Assembly: GCF_963506605.1 (NCBI RefSeq)
Contig: NC_083282.1
Location: 67,146,001 to 67,210,000, forward strand
Direction: 5' to 3'
Length of the DNA: 64,000 nucleotides
Source: Zootoca vivipara
Lineage: Eukaryota
Shown here: positions 10,485 through 21,856 of the stretch, piece by piece
How positions within the stretch are numbered: position 1 is the first letter of the stretch
Layout of the letters: each line of letters starts with the position of its first letter
The notes under the pieces: generated by a model
The model's input: only the letters and a program-made list of their open reading frames with translations
Databases searched by the model: none
What the model was told of the DNA's origin: nothing
Position numbers and translations under genes: made by a program

Positions 10485-10919
10485 ATGCCTTCTGCATACA
10501 GAGGGAAGAAAAGAATTCCGCTTCCGAAAAGAAAGCAGCTCAAGGGTAGGAAGCCTCGGCCTGTAAAGAAGACGTGCCATTTCAGACGTGGAGCGCAGGC
10601 AAAGCCAAAGCCGGTCAAGAAGGTTGGAAAGAGGAAGCCGAACTCTCCCGCCCTTAATGATTCCAAGACCCTGCAACAACTTCGAAGGGACAACATGTAC
10701 ATGACCACCAAGGCCAAAGGGATAATGATTTCTTTTGTAAAGAACCTCTACAAATGGGTCTCCATTGAAGCCGAGCGCTTGAGGAGGGAGAAGAATCGCC
10801 CCAGCATTGGCTTCATCGAAATGCGGACAGCCCTGAGGAGTGTTATGCCAGGGAAATGTAATAAATGCAGAGGAAGCACCCCGAAAGGTGGGGGCCCTCG
10901 CTTTCTGAAGGCCTCCTAA
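10485..10919 (+). CDS. Divergent histone H2B-like protein (candidate H2B variant), intronless, 144 aa
   Basis: KAKGIMISFVKNLYKWVSIEAERLRREKNRPSIGFIEMRTALRSVMPG aligns ungapped to canonical H2B [48 protein letters not shown] (20/48 identical by hand count). KTLQQL..D matches KVLKQV..D. MP start, G at -3, basic N-tail, H2B-type promoter upstream. Confidence 0.8.
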   Translation: MPSAYRGKKRIPLPKRKQLKGRKPRPVKKTCHFRRGAQAKPKPVKKVGKRKPNSPALNDSKTLQQLRRDNMYMTTKAKGIMISFVKNLYKWVSIEAERLRREKNRPSIGFIEMRTALRSVMPGKCNKCRGSTPKGGGPRFLKAS

Positions 10920-12143
10920 AGAAAAATCCCTCCCCTTCACCCTGGGGTGAGGAAGAACTAAAGGGAGAAGGGAGAGGAATATATCAGAGGCACCCCAACC
11001 CCCCAAACCCCCGTCTTATATTGCCAAGGGAATATAACCCTCATAATATGGCAGTTCTTCAACAATGGGATGGAGTTGGAAGGAGGAAAGTTGGATGAAC
11101 CAGTGGAGCTCAGGTTAAATATAAAACTGTACCATTGCACTGCAGCAAACTTCACAAGCCCTTGCCAAACATTCCACCACCAACCACCCTTTGGCCCGAG
11201 CAAGTGGGAGAACTTCCATAATGGGTAAAGACAGACAAGCATGTTATACGTAAGCGAGAGAGAGAGAGAGAGAGAGAATTGTCTATGAATCAAAGATCAT
11301 AACATGCAGAACGTACAAGAGCTAATGCATTCTTTTGTATTAGAGATGAGAGAGATTGCCCATCCTTTAAAACTGAAGAATTGTATTGTGAGTTGTTATT
11401 CTGAGGGCATTATAATAAAAAGTGGATTTTTGAATATTTTGGGTCTTGTGTTTTTCCAGTATTTTAGAGATAAGGGGAGGTTAGTGTTTAAAGAGGTAAC
11501 ATTATTAGGAAGAGTCTGAATCTGTAATTTTTGGGTGCCAATGGAACAGTCTGCTTTTGCAGAATATCTCGAGCTGCTCTATTGTGTAGTAATGTAATGC
11601 CTGTTGCTTTATGAATTGCTTATAGCATTTAGATCTAAAAAGAAAATGAAAAAAGCCTCTCTCCTGCATTTTGGACCTCCGTAAGTTAATCTTCTAATTG
11701 CTATGACCCTGTCAAGATGAGATCATCTGATTTCCTCAGTATGTTCAGGTAAGAATAATTCCACATTTCTGGTACCACTCTGTGCAATCCAGATCCATTA
11801 GACTTGCCATTGACTTTAACAAGATGTGGACTGCATGCAAAATGTGTCATCCAAAGCAAGGGTGACAGTCGTGGTTTGAAATATTTCAAGCTGCCCTATA
11901 ACTTTCATTTTGATAATTGGTTGACAATGCAATCCTATACATCTCTACTAAGAGGCACATTCCACTGAGTTTAATTAGACTTACCCACAGGTAAGTGGGA
12001 TGTGAAAAACAGTGTGGTTTGTCAGCACACATATTTTGAATGTGAAACCTCATTGATCTTGAAATTTAAATTTGCTTTCTCTGGGAGATCAAATTTTAAT
12101 AGCTTTAACAGCAACGGTACATACTGTATGTGAATAAAGTTTA

Positions 12144-12386
12144 CAGTGGTACCTCTACTTACGAATAACTCTACTTACGAATTTTTCTACTTACAAATGG
12201 AGCTCCATCCGCCATCTTGGATGCGGTTTAGATAGGATTTTTTCTACTTACGAATTTTTAGATAGGGTTGCTTCGACTTACGAATTTTTCTTCCCAATGC
12301 ATTCCTATGGGATTCGACTTACAAATTTTTTCGACTTACAAATGTGTGTTCGGAACGCATTAAATTCGTAAGTAGAGGTACCACTC
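12144..12386. mobile_element. Tc1/mariner (Tigger-like) MITE
   Basis: TA|CAGTGGTACCTCTACTTACGAAT...ATTCGTAAGTAGAGGTACCACT TIRs; internal repeats of ACTTACGAA. Confidence 0.85.
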
Positions 12387-14716
12387 TTTTGTTCCACCTT
12401 TTTCATCCTCATTTAATACTGTTATTCATTCATCTATTTGTTACCAACATGGGATAAAATGTTAACAATAATAATAATAATAATAATTATTATTATTATT
12501 ATTATTTTAAAATTACACATACAGACTCCTCCAAAATAATGTGAAATGTAGCTTTTACCCATGTTGAGGGCATGAAGACATATGTGAACTTGCTGGAGCT
12601 AAGTAGATCTGGGTCAATGGGAGACCATATTGGAACCCTGTGTTGCTGCCTTAGGCTTCCTGGAGAAATGTTGGCTGCAAGTGTCGTGAGTTGTTTCCAT
12701 GTTATAGCTGGAATCAAAGACACAGAATGTACTTTATGTATTCCGAAGATCCAATAGAACTTGCAACGAAATGTTGCAGTAGTAGCTGGCAGTGTAGCAT
12801 GGATAGGACTGTGTTGCTTTTTAGTTACGGAGACTGGGAGGGGAAGCTGGTTGTGGTGCAGGAGCAGCGTTAGGAAGCCAACTTGGCAATGCAGAGCTGG
12901 CTGCTACAGAGAGCTTCTGTTCATGGCTTCAGCCAATCAGCCATTCACCATGCTCCCCTCTTCTACAAAACTTTATTCCATCCCCCCTCCCCCTCACTTT
13001 TCCACCCCAGCCCCAAACAGCCATAGCCACTGAAAACACACAGTTTCGGTTGCATTGTTTTGGGGGGCCCTTGGGATTTGCTGTAAAGATTTTAGTACTT
13101 TGACAAACCTTGGGGTCTCTCACCGTCTTCCGATTCCACCCTCTTGAGTAGGGGCAATGCTGTTTTGGCTGCATAAAGCGGTGGCACTCAGCCGCTGAAC
13201 TTCAGAAATATAGAGATAATTAAATTCTGCAAAGCAAATAGGAAAGCTTGTGACTTCTTAGTTATAAGACTCAGAAACCTTCCTTCCAGGAGGAGATAAA
13301 ACTATTGGTCCATACAGCCATAGACAGCATTCTGACCTAACAATAGCAGCTGCCCTGTACTGTACAAAGGCAGGTGTTTGCCTTTCCTATATTCCCAGAC
13401 TACACTAACCAGATCCTTTCCTGCACAATAAAAAAGAAGGGAGCAAAGGGGAGGGGAGAAGCAGAGCCCCTTCATATTTTTTAAAATGTGTGATTCAACA
13501 GTATTGCTTTGGCTCAAGGGATATGAGACTTGACATTAGAGAGCAAAGGGGAGGGGGAGCTCCATTAGGCACTGTGTACTTAATCCTAGAGTTTATAGAG
13601 TTCACCTAAAATATCCAGGTTGTGAAACAAGATAGAGTATAACACATAAACACTGTGGTTCTATTGTACTTGGGGAAGGGGGGGGGGGTCCTGGAGATAA
13701 TAGAGATTCTTGGCCTAATCAGATAAGATAAGCAATGGGAGGAAACCAGTGGGACGGAGGCTCTCTTTTGCGGCTTAGTGTAACAGGATGAGGCCCTTTG
13801 CTACATCTCTCAGGGGATTTAGGACAGATGAGACTAGCGCTTGCACCTCATAACTCTTATACCTAGATCTGGATGCAAACCAAGGCTCCAAATGGTGCTA
13901 GAACACAAATTGCCATCTGCACTGGTTGTGTGCAGTGCAGGGGGTTCCAGAAGCTGCTGACATCATGTGGCTAGTAAAAAAAGGTGTAGCAGTGAAAAAG
14001 TGGGGCTACCAAAGGCTCCTTTGTTTCTTGTCTATGAAACTTTGAATATGCCTATTGTGTACAGTATTAATATTATATGTTCCTCCAAGGAGGTTTACGG
14101 TAACTATAATACATGTATGCTATCTGGTGCTAACTGTACCTCAATCATTTAAGGTAGGTTATTCAATAAGATAGGCCTTATTATGTTATTATGTGAACTG
14201 CCCTGAGATCTATGGGTATAGGACAGTATATGAATTTAATAAATAATAAATTCATATTATTAATAATGATAATAGTAATTAATAATATCAATACTAATAT
14301 TCATATTCATATATACCAATGAAGGAAGTGGGCAAATCTGCCATTTTTTATTTCTCTCCATCTCTCATTTTTCCACTCTTCAGTTGATTTCCATGCCTTT
14401 CTGCATCAATTTGCAATTTCTTTTTAAAGTCCTCATGAAAATTCAACAGCATAGTGCAAAATTCTTCTAATAAACACATTTTAGGATCTGGTTTTGCCCA
14501 ATATACATATTTTTGCAAATTGGTTTTACCTAATATAATTCATTTTTGTATATTTTTACCAATATATGCATTTTTAAAAAAACAATATTTACCATATGCA
14601 TTTTGTTACACATTATTTGGCCAGAGAATAGCATTGCAAAATTTGGAGAAGTGCAAATTTCAAAGGAAGGCTGTCTTTCAGTTTACCTTGAAATGAGAAA
14701 CTGAATCAAATTTCTC

Positions 14717-14805
14717 TCTTGACAGGCATATGTCAAGAATGCTTTGATGGGGGTTGGACTGGATGGCCCTTGTGGTCTCTTCCAGCTCTATGATTCTATG
14801 ATTCT
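14717..14805 (+). mobile_element. CR1 LINE 3' tail fragment
   Basis: GGGTTGGACTGGATGGCCCTTGTGGTCTCTTCCA..CTCTATGATTCTATGATTCT, identical in type to 60234-60432. Confidence 0.8.
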
Positions 14806-15129
14806 CCCCTATTCCTAGAGGCAGGATTGCATGCCCTGGACCACTGAATATATTCATAGAACCTACAAATGAGATCAGGAACCAGCTTTCCCAAAATTCC
14901 CAATTGCAGGGAAGGAGCCTTAACATGCACACATGCAGGTTCTAGGCACTGAACTGTCTGCGTTGGGGTCAGGAGCTGAAACTGAACATGTGATTTTCCT
15001 CCACGTTTGTTGTCCCTACTATGTGAATAGGGCTTCTGAGACTCTTTCAGGGTTATCCAACAAGTTTCATGGCTGAGCAGGAATGTGAACCAACATTAGT
15101 ATTAATTAATTAATTAATTAATTAATTAA

Positions 15130-15735
15130 TTAGTAAATATTTTGCTCTTCCTCCCAAGGAGCCCAGGGCAGCAAATAAGGGATTAAAAACAAGAACAATA
15201 TTTTAAAATCTTAAAAATAATTCCAATGCAGATGCAGACCAGGAAAGATCTCAACTTAAAAGGTTTGTTGAAAGGGGAAAGTTTTCTGTGGGCTCCAAAA
15301 AGACAGCAGAGATATTGCTTGTCTAATATTCAAGGGAAGGGAATTTTAAAACATAGGGTGCCACAATACTAAAGGCCCAATTTCTATAATGTAACTGTAT
15401 AAGGCTTTAACACTCGAACCAGCACAACATAGGCTAATAATATCCTGTGGCAGGAAGCGGTCAAGCCACCACATCTTGCATGGACCAATCTCAAGGCAAG
15501 CCCCGCATTGAGTGCATTGCAGTAACCCAGCCTGGAGGCCAGCAGCACATGGATGACAGTCCACTCTGCTCACCATAGCTCTGAAAGGCACTCAAACTGA
15601 TTTGAAGCTCAGACTGGGAGCTAGCATAACCCTGCATTGGCCTCAACCTGTAGTATGTGGTGCATTGGATTCTTTGCAGATGCTTGTGTTGACTTAAATG
15701 TTCCAATAGTCCTCCAGCATTGGTCTGGTTCACAC
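15130..15735 (-). mobile_element. Old L2 LINE fragment
   Basis: Minus strand CTCCAGGCTGGGTTACTGCAATGCACTC (SRLxYCN motif) and L2-type 3' region; heavily decayed. Confidence 0.6.
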
Positions 15736-15784
15736 ATGCACATCAAGTGCAAATGAACACATTGCTGCAAGTGCAACGTTTTCC

Positions 15785-17547
15785 TTTTTTTTATTTTTTA
15801 TAATAATATTTATTGAATTTTCCAACAATACAAATCAGAATACCTTCACGTCAATTTTATATCTTCAACAAAGAAAAAAAGAAAAAACAACAAAAAGAAG
15901 AAAAAGAAGGGAAAAAAAGAAAATACAAAAAAGAAAAAAAGAAGCACACTGAAAAAAAAAAGAGTTAAACATTCAGTATGTAAACCACTGTAATAAACTT
16001 AGACTTCCCCGTTCCGTCCTTCCCGAGTCTTGTTAATATCCCATTTTGGCAATTTTCCTGATTCTTTACATTTATCCACATATCTCAATTAAATCTTTAT
16101 AATATCCACTTACATACAATCCCTTCAATTATATTCCCCACACTTTAATTCTATAATAATTCCCTTCAGCCTCATGTTTTCCCTAAAAATCTCCTCAAAT
16201 CTCTATTTTTAACAGTTTCTAACAAAAAAGAACATTTATTATTTTACAAAAGATCACCCTCCTTCATCCGGGTGCCCTTCTCTGGATGACCCGACCAGCA
16301 TCTTTAAACAGTCCGATTTTAAACCGTATTATCCGTCTCTTATTTGTAATGTCCAATCAACCTATTCCGTCTCTCACCCACTCCAACCCCCTCTCTTCTT
16401 CCCAGCAACCCTTCTGTCGCCCCCATTGTTCATGTCCTTCTCCCGGACCTACCCTCCCCTCTCTCACTGAGGAGGTTCGAATCCGGGCCATCGCTTGCTT
16501 CTTTTTTCCTGGAGCCAACTCTCCTCCTCTCACTAGGAGAGACAGCTTCTGGATTTTTTTAGGCATTGGAGCTCCTTGGTAGCAATCTAGGTCCTGTGCA
16601 AGCTCTCTCACCGCTTGCACTTCGATCTCAAACTTTTCCTCTTCTTGTTCTGTCACCTTTGTATCAGTATTCTTATCATCCTCTAGTTCGTCCTCTTGTT
16701 TTTCTTCCTTGTCAATGGAGAGAAGTCGTTGCTGTGTCTCAAGACATGACTTTGTAATCCTTTTGTATTCTTTTACTCCTTCAAAGATTTCGTAGATTTT
16801 TTCCCAGACTCTTTGTATCCCATTCTCTCCCATCTTGTGATGTTGTTTTGTCTAGGGATTTCCTTTGTCCTCTCCAATTTCAATATGGCGATCAGGCAGA
16901 AGTGTCGGAGACGTATCTTAAACTTTGACAGCCGGGGCTCCAGATTCCCGCCCCCGGTTTCCAAAGGGGTCGTCAATTAGAAAAATAAACCCAATTTTGC
17001 AGAAATCCAGTCTTGTGACCTAAAATCGTCTCCCCTTGGCTCTGCTAACCACAGGGGAGAGCTCCTGCTTGCTATTTTTAGGGAGATTCCAAGTCCCGTT
17101 CCAGCTTAGTAGCTGCAGGCTCTGTAATTGCATCTAGAGAGTCTCAGTGAAGGGGGGGGGAACGACCTCCGTCATCTTTAAATTCCTCCCCCAAGTCCGA
17201 ATTATTTTCAATTTAAATGTAAAATCTTACTTGAACGTCCAATTTTGATTCTGGAGGCATCTGGTGCGCAGTTGGTGTCGGCTCGGAGCTTTGCGCCGCA
17301 GAGTGAGCGCATTGTCCCGAGGCTCCATCGCACGCCGCCTGCTGACTTCGCCCCCTAAAAAAGAGGGGTTACTCGCAGCGGCCGCGACTTCAAGGAGCTC
17401 TGCCGGGTGCCATGTCCCTGGACAGCCCAGTCCAGGGGTTCTCTGGGGGGCCACCTCGCTCGGATGACCTTCCCCCCCCTCTGCAACGCTCGGGGATCTC
17501 GGAGATCGAGAATCCCCCGCCGATCCCAATGGCTACCAGACCGGAAG
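15785..17547 (-). mobile_element. Non-autonomous L1-related (HAL1-like) retroelement, TSD-bounded, 1.76 kb
   Basis: 19-bp TSD TGCAAGTGCAACGTTTTCC (15766-15784, 17548-17566). CpG-rich 5' end (~17230-17547) starting CTTCCGG. E/K-rich coiled-coil-like ORF remnant 16357-16833. T-rich 3'UTR, AATAAA and A-rich tail on the minus strand. No RT or endonuclease motifs. Confidence 0.7.
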
Positions 17548-17730
17548 TGCAAGTGCAACGTTTTCCAGTGGGTCACACATTCATCCGCCAGTCATTAAAT
17601 GCATCCCAAACAAATGTACAGAAAATCAAGTGATGTTTGTTTGCTGATTGATGATGTTTGTTGCTTGATGAACCAGCCCACTGGGAGTGCATTCCCATAA
17701 GCACATTCTCCCTATGTATTTGGTCTTGAA

Positions 17731-17866
17731 CAGGCATCCCCAAACTTTGGCCCTCCAGATGTTTTGGACTACAGTTCCCATCTTCCCCGACCATTGGTCC
17801 TGTTAGCTAGGGATCATGGGAGTTGTAGACCAAAACATCTGGAGGGCCGCAGTTTGGGGATGCCTG
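17731..17866. mobile_element. hAT-type MITE (same family as 1765-1901)
   Basis: CAGGCATCCCCAAACT TIRs; 8-bp TSD GTCTTGAA (17723-17730, 17867-17874). Confidence 0.9.
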
Positions 17867-20237
17867 GTCTTGAAACTAGCTCACTCCCACGGTCATGTCA
17901 TTTTTGAAATGTGGTGGTACCACCAATAGCTGTTGCATGCCATTACTGTTGACAGTGGGCTTTATCATTTTGATGTGAGAGAGGTTAACTTACCAGCTTT
18001 TCCTCTTTACAAAAAAAATACTTTTGGCTGTGGAAAAACAAAGTGAAGGGTGAGATGTGTTTCCATAATCCATGTGTTTCCATAATCCAACAGGTAAATG
18101 CTGCCCCCAGCATCTGTATATAGATACGTACGCAATATAGCAGCATGAAGCTGTCGCAGTGATTTTCGGTGGTTTTGTTATGTGCCGCCTGGAACTTCAC
18201 AAGGGAATGAATCCATTCATCTTGGAATAAGAGGGAGGAAGGGGGTGGGTGGGGGTGGGGAGACGCCACAATCAGGCAAAAAGGACCAAAAGGCCAGATG
18301 AATCCTACTGCCACAAAATAGTTCAATAGTTTTTATTCTTTTGTATCAGACACAAAAGTACTGCCCCTGAGTACTTGTCGCCATTAAAGATCTTTACAAA
18401 GGAAAGTCTATAATGTACTGAAGGTTTGGTGGGGGGGGGCAGGAAACACATCTCCTGCATCTGAGGTAGATTTTACTGTGGTAACATCTTTTTGGTGAAA
18501 AGGGAAGGTTCTGTTAGTGAGGGCAGTGATGATCGCGTGCACATTGCTATTATTTGGCGGAACTGGAAAATGATTGTTTGCTGCAAGGGATGCAAGGAGG
18601 AGTCTATGTGCTGTGTGGCTGCGGCCAGTGTACATTTGCTCAACTTTGTGAGAGAATTGCTAACGAGGGGTTGGGGGAGTAATTTGATCCAGTTTGCATT
18701 TAAAAGAGAACCTACCTAATTTGCACTTACCTAAATAATGTGTACTGCACTTTCTCTAAATTGTGCAGTGCAATCATTCAGCCAAATAATATGTACAAAA
18801 AATATTTACACTAGGGTAAAGCGTGCTTTAAAAAGGAATGTGTTAATGAAAATAACACACACAAAAATGCATTTTACCAAGGAAAATTGACTTGCAAAAA
18901 ATGTGCATATTGGACAGAATTGGAAATAAAAATGTGTATATTAGGAGAGATTCAAAGGCTGGTGGATTTTCACGGGGGTTTTAAAATATTAAGCTGATGT
19001 GGAAATGTGGAGAACTGAATTTAAGATTGGAAAAATGAGATGCAGAGAAACTAAAACTGGCAGATTTGCCCATCCCTATCGCTAACATAAAAAAGACTGC
19101 AACAATGGCAGAAACCCCTTACTCCAAACACTTTGCAATTCGGCAAATGCTGTTTCACAAACAGACAATGTCAGGTTGAGAATAGATCCATGCAGAATTC
19201 AGTCTGTGGCTCAGTGTTGTGCTAGTTTTAACTAGCACTGGAAAGAGAAGACTGTGGCCTGGATCAGATATCACTTTGAACCATGGTTAAAATTAACTAT
19301 GGTTTAAAGGTGAATGTTCAGCATGCCAATGTGAGGGGCAAACATTGTGGATAGTTCACTTCTCCACTCCTTCCATTGCTGCGCCACTGAGAGCTAAGCC
19401 ATTGTTTGGTTTAGCATTACATCCAAGCCAGGGCTCATGGTTTGCCTCTCTCCAAACAAGCTGTGAGCATGTTCTTGGCTTAATGCTCCTAGCTTGCTTG
19501 CTTGCTTGCTTGCTTGCTTCACTGGAGGTGAAGCAAAACTGCTATGTGTACTTGTGCACCACCACACTGCATGCTTGCCTTTCAAACATAGTTATGCTTA
19601 ATGATTTGCAATCCTTGACCCTATCTATCACAGTTGTGATCATAACAAAGACAAACATGAAGACCTTGGGCCAGCTTTTCTTAAGACTTCCACTCGGTAG
19701 TCATAACTTGTGTGTGTGTGTGTGTATTCCATGTACCTAAAATACAATGACACACCTCCTTCTCCCTCCCTTCTTTATATATTTCCTCCCTCTTTCGTAA
19801 ATGTTCTTTTACTGGTACTGTTTCTTTTGCTCATCCTTCCATATTTGTGAGTCGCTAAAAATAAATAAATCACAATTTTAAAAATGTGTTATATAAAAAA
19901 GTAGCATCACTCCACGGTTCACTACAGGCAAGCAACACCAGCTTGCATCTTTCCCTAAGACTGCTTTTTACTACGACTACGGTACATTCTGGAGAACTGG
20001 TCACCTTTTCAATTGACAACAAACTACTGCAGCTGGCAGAGAATTTTGATGAGGATAAAGGGGAAAGTGGTTACATGAAAGAATAAGAGGGAGAAGAATC
20101 ACTTGCAGGTAGTTTGGCTTGGATTTGGGTGCACACAGATGTCTCCTGCCTTGCTACCATACAGATCTCTATCATTCCCATCTTTCCTGAATAAGCATCC
20201 CATTACCCTTTAGGCAGCCAATGCTACAGGCAGGCAG

Positions 20238-20452
20238 TAGGTTTGCCAGACTCAATAGAGGACAGGACTTCTGTGCCTTTAATTGCCCTGCTCTCTTTTG
20301 AGTCTGGAAAGCTTAAAGAGAAACCAGCAGACTCTTTGCTTGGAAATTAAACAAAGGGTCTGCTGGTTACTCTTTAAGGTTTCCAGACTCAAAAGAGAGC
20401 AGGGCAATTAAAGGCACAGAAGTCCTGTCCTCTATTGAGTCTGGCAACTGTA
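20238..20452. mobile_element. Near-perfect palindromic hAT MITE (~100-bp arms)
   Basis: TTGCCAGACTCAATAGAGGACAGGACTTCTGTGCC... mirrored by ...GGCACAGAAGTCCTGTCCTCTATTGAGTCTGGCAA; 8-bp TSD GCAGGCAG (20230-20237, 20453-20460). Confidence 0.9.
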
Positions 20453-21489
20453 GCAGGCAGTGACTTGATTCAGTCATTCCTATATGACTGCTCTGCTATC
20501 CATTTGGTTTGCATTATGATTTTTTCCCCCTGGTTTAACCATGACTGATACACAGGGGGTATAAATTACTCTGCATAATTTGTACCTTACCTAAGTATAG
20601 GTATGATACACAGACATAGGTGTGTGTACACACTACAGGAAATCAACTGGGTCTTAACCAAATCATCAAAGAAGTTTGGGTTTGAAGTATTTGCACCTCA
20701 TTTGTCTGTTAAATGCCCCGTGAGAAATTCTTTATATCCTATTTGGTTTGGTTTGATCTTTATAGGATTCACTATTACTGTGTATCATCATGTATGTATG
20801 AAAGTGTCAAGAGAGTATAGATTACAGTTCTTATTAAATTCACCTACAGGCACTAGTCTGGATTCTCCCGATTGCTCAAAACCCAATCTATTCAAGCAAT
20901 ATAAAATAAGACAGGCTGTGACAAATTTATAAGCTACTTGCCACTTCTTTATCCCACTGCAACCACAAATTCAGGTCATTAGTGTATGTTGAACATGCTG
21001 AAAATATGTTGCTTCCCCTCCTATTCTCTTTGATCACTCTGGGGCAAGATCATGTATCTGTATGCAGTGCCAATGGACTACTTTCATTTTTATGTGCCGT
21101 TTTGAGGAGGCCAATATTTTCCATGTACTCATAGCAGATTTTAGCCAGGGGTTGGGAATTAGATAAGCACACCCTCCAAGGAACAATGGTAATAAGCCTA
21201 ATGGCAGGGGGGCAATAAGGTTACCTGCCCCAGGGGCAGCTACGACAGGGGGTAGTGCATTTTTTTTCACATAATAACTACAATATACTGTATTTAAAGT
21301 TATTAACAGGTAAAATTATGCAATTTTTCTTTTCGTTTTATAAAAATGGAACATGTTTTCTAGGTGGTGGGTGAAACAGAGCAATTAGAACTTGGAATTT
21401 CTGTAGCTATACTCAGTAGTTATACACATTCATAAATGAAGTGTCCTGATATTCATCAGTACAGGGTTAAATTTTGCTTTATATTAGAT

Positions 21490-21856
21490 AAAAAAAGACC
21501 CCTGACAGTTAAGTCCAGTCGCAGACAACTCTGGGGTTGCGGCACTCATTACAGGCTGAGGGGGCCGGCGTTTGTCCGCAGACAATTTTTCCGGGTCATG
21601 TGGCCAGCATGACTAAGCTGCTTCTGGCGCAACGGAACACCAAAACCAGAGCAGTGCACGGAAACGCTGTTTACCTTCCCGCCAGAGCGGTACCTATTGA
21701 TCTACTTGCACTTGATGTGCTTTTGAACTGCTAGGTTGGCAGGAACTGGGACAGAGCAACGGGAGCTCACCCCGTCGTGGGGATTTGAACCGCTGACCTT
21801 GCAATCAGCAAGCCCAAGAGGCTCAGTGGTTTAGACCACAGCGCCACCCGTGTCCC
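21490..21856 (-). mobile_element. Sauria SINE
   Basis: Homologous along its length to copies at 44274 and 50913; tRNA-like A/B boxes at the right end on the minus strand. Confidence 0.85.

Noticed and set aside
10461-11006. 181-aa minus-strand ORF overlapping the H2B-like gene
   Set aside because: No recognisable domain or promoter; antisense shadow of the plus-strand ORF that carries the histone fold and promoter.
12144-12386. Interspersed ACTTACGAA repeats resembling a CRISPR-like array
   Set aside because: Subterminal repeats of a Tc1/mariner MITE in a vertebrate genome; irregular spacing and no cas genes.
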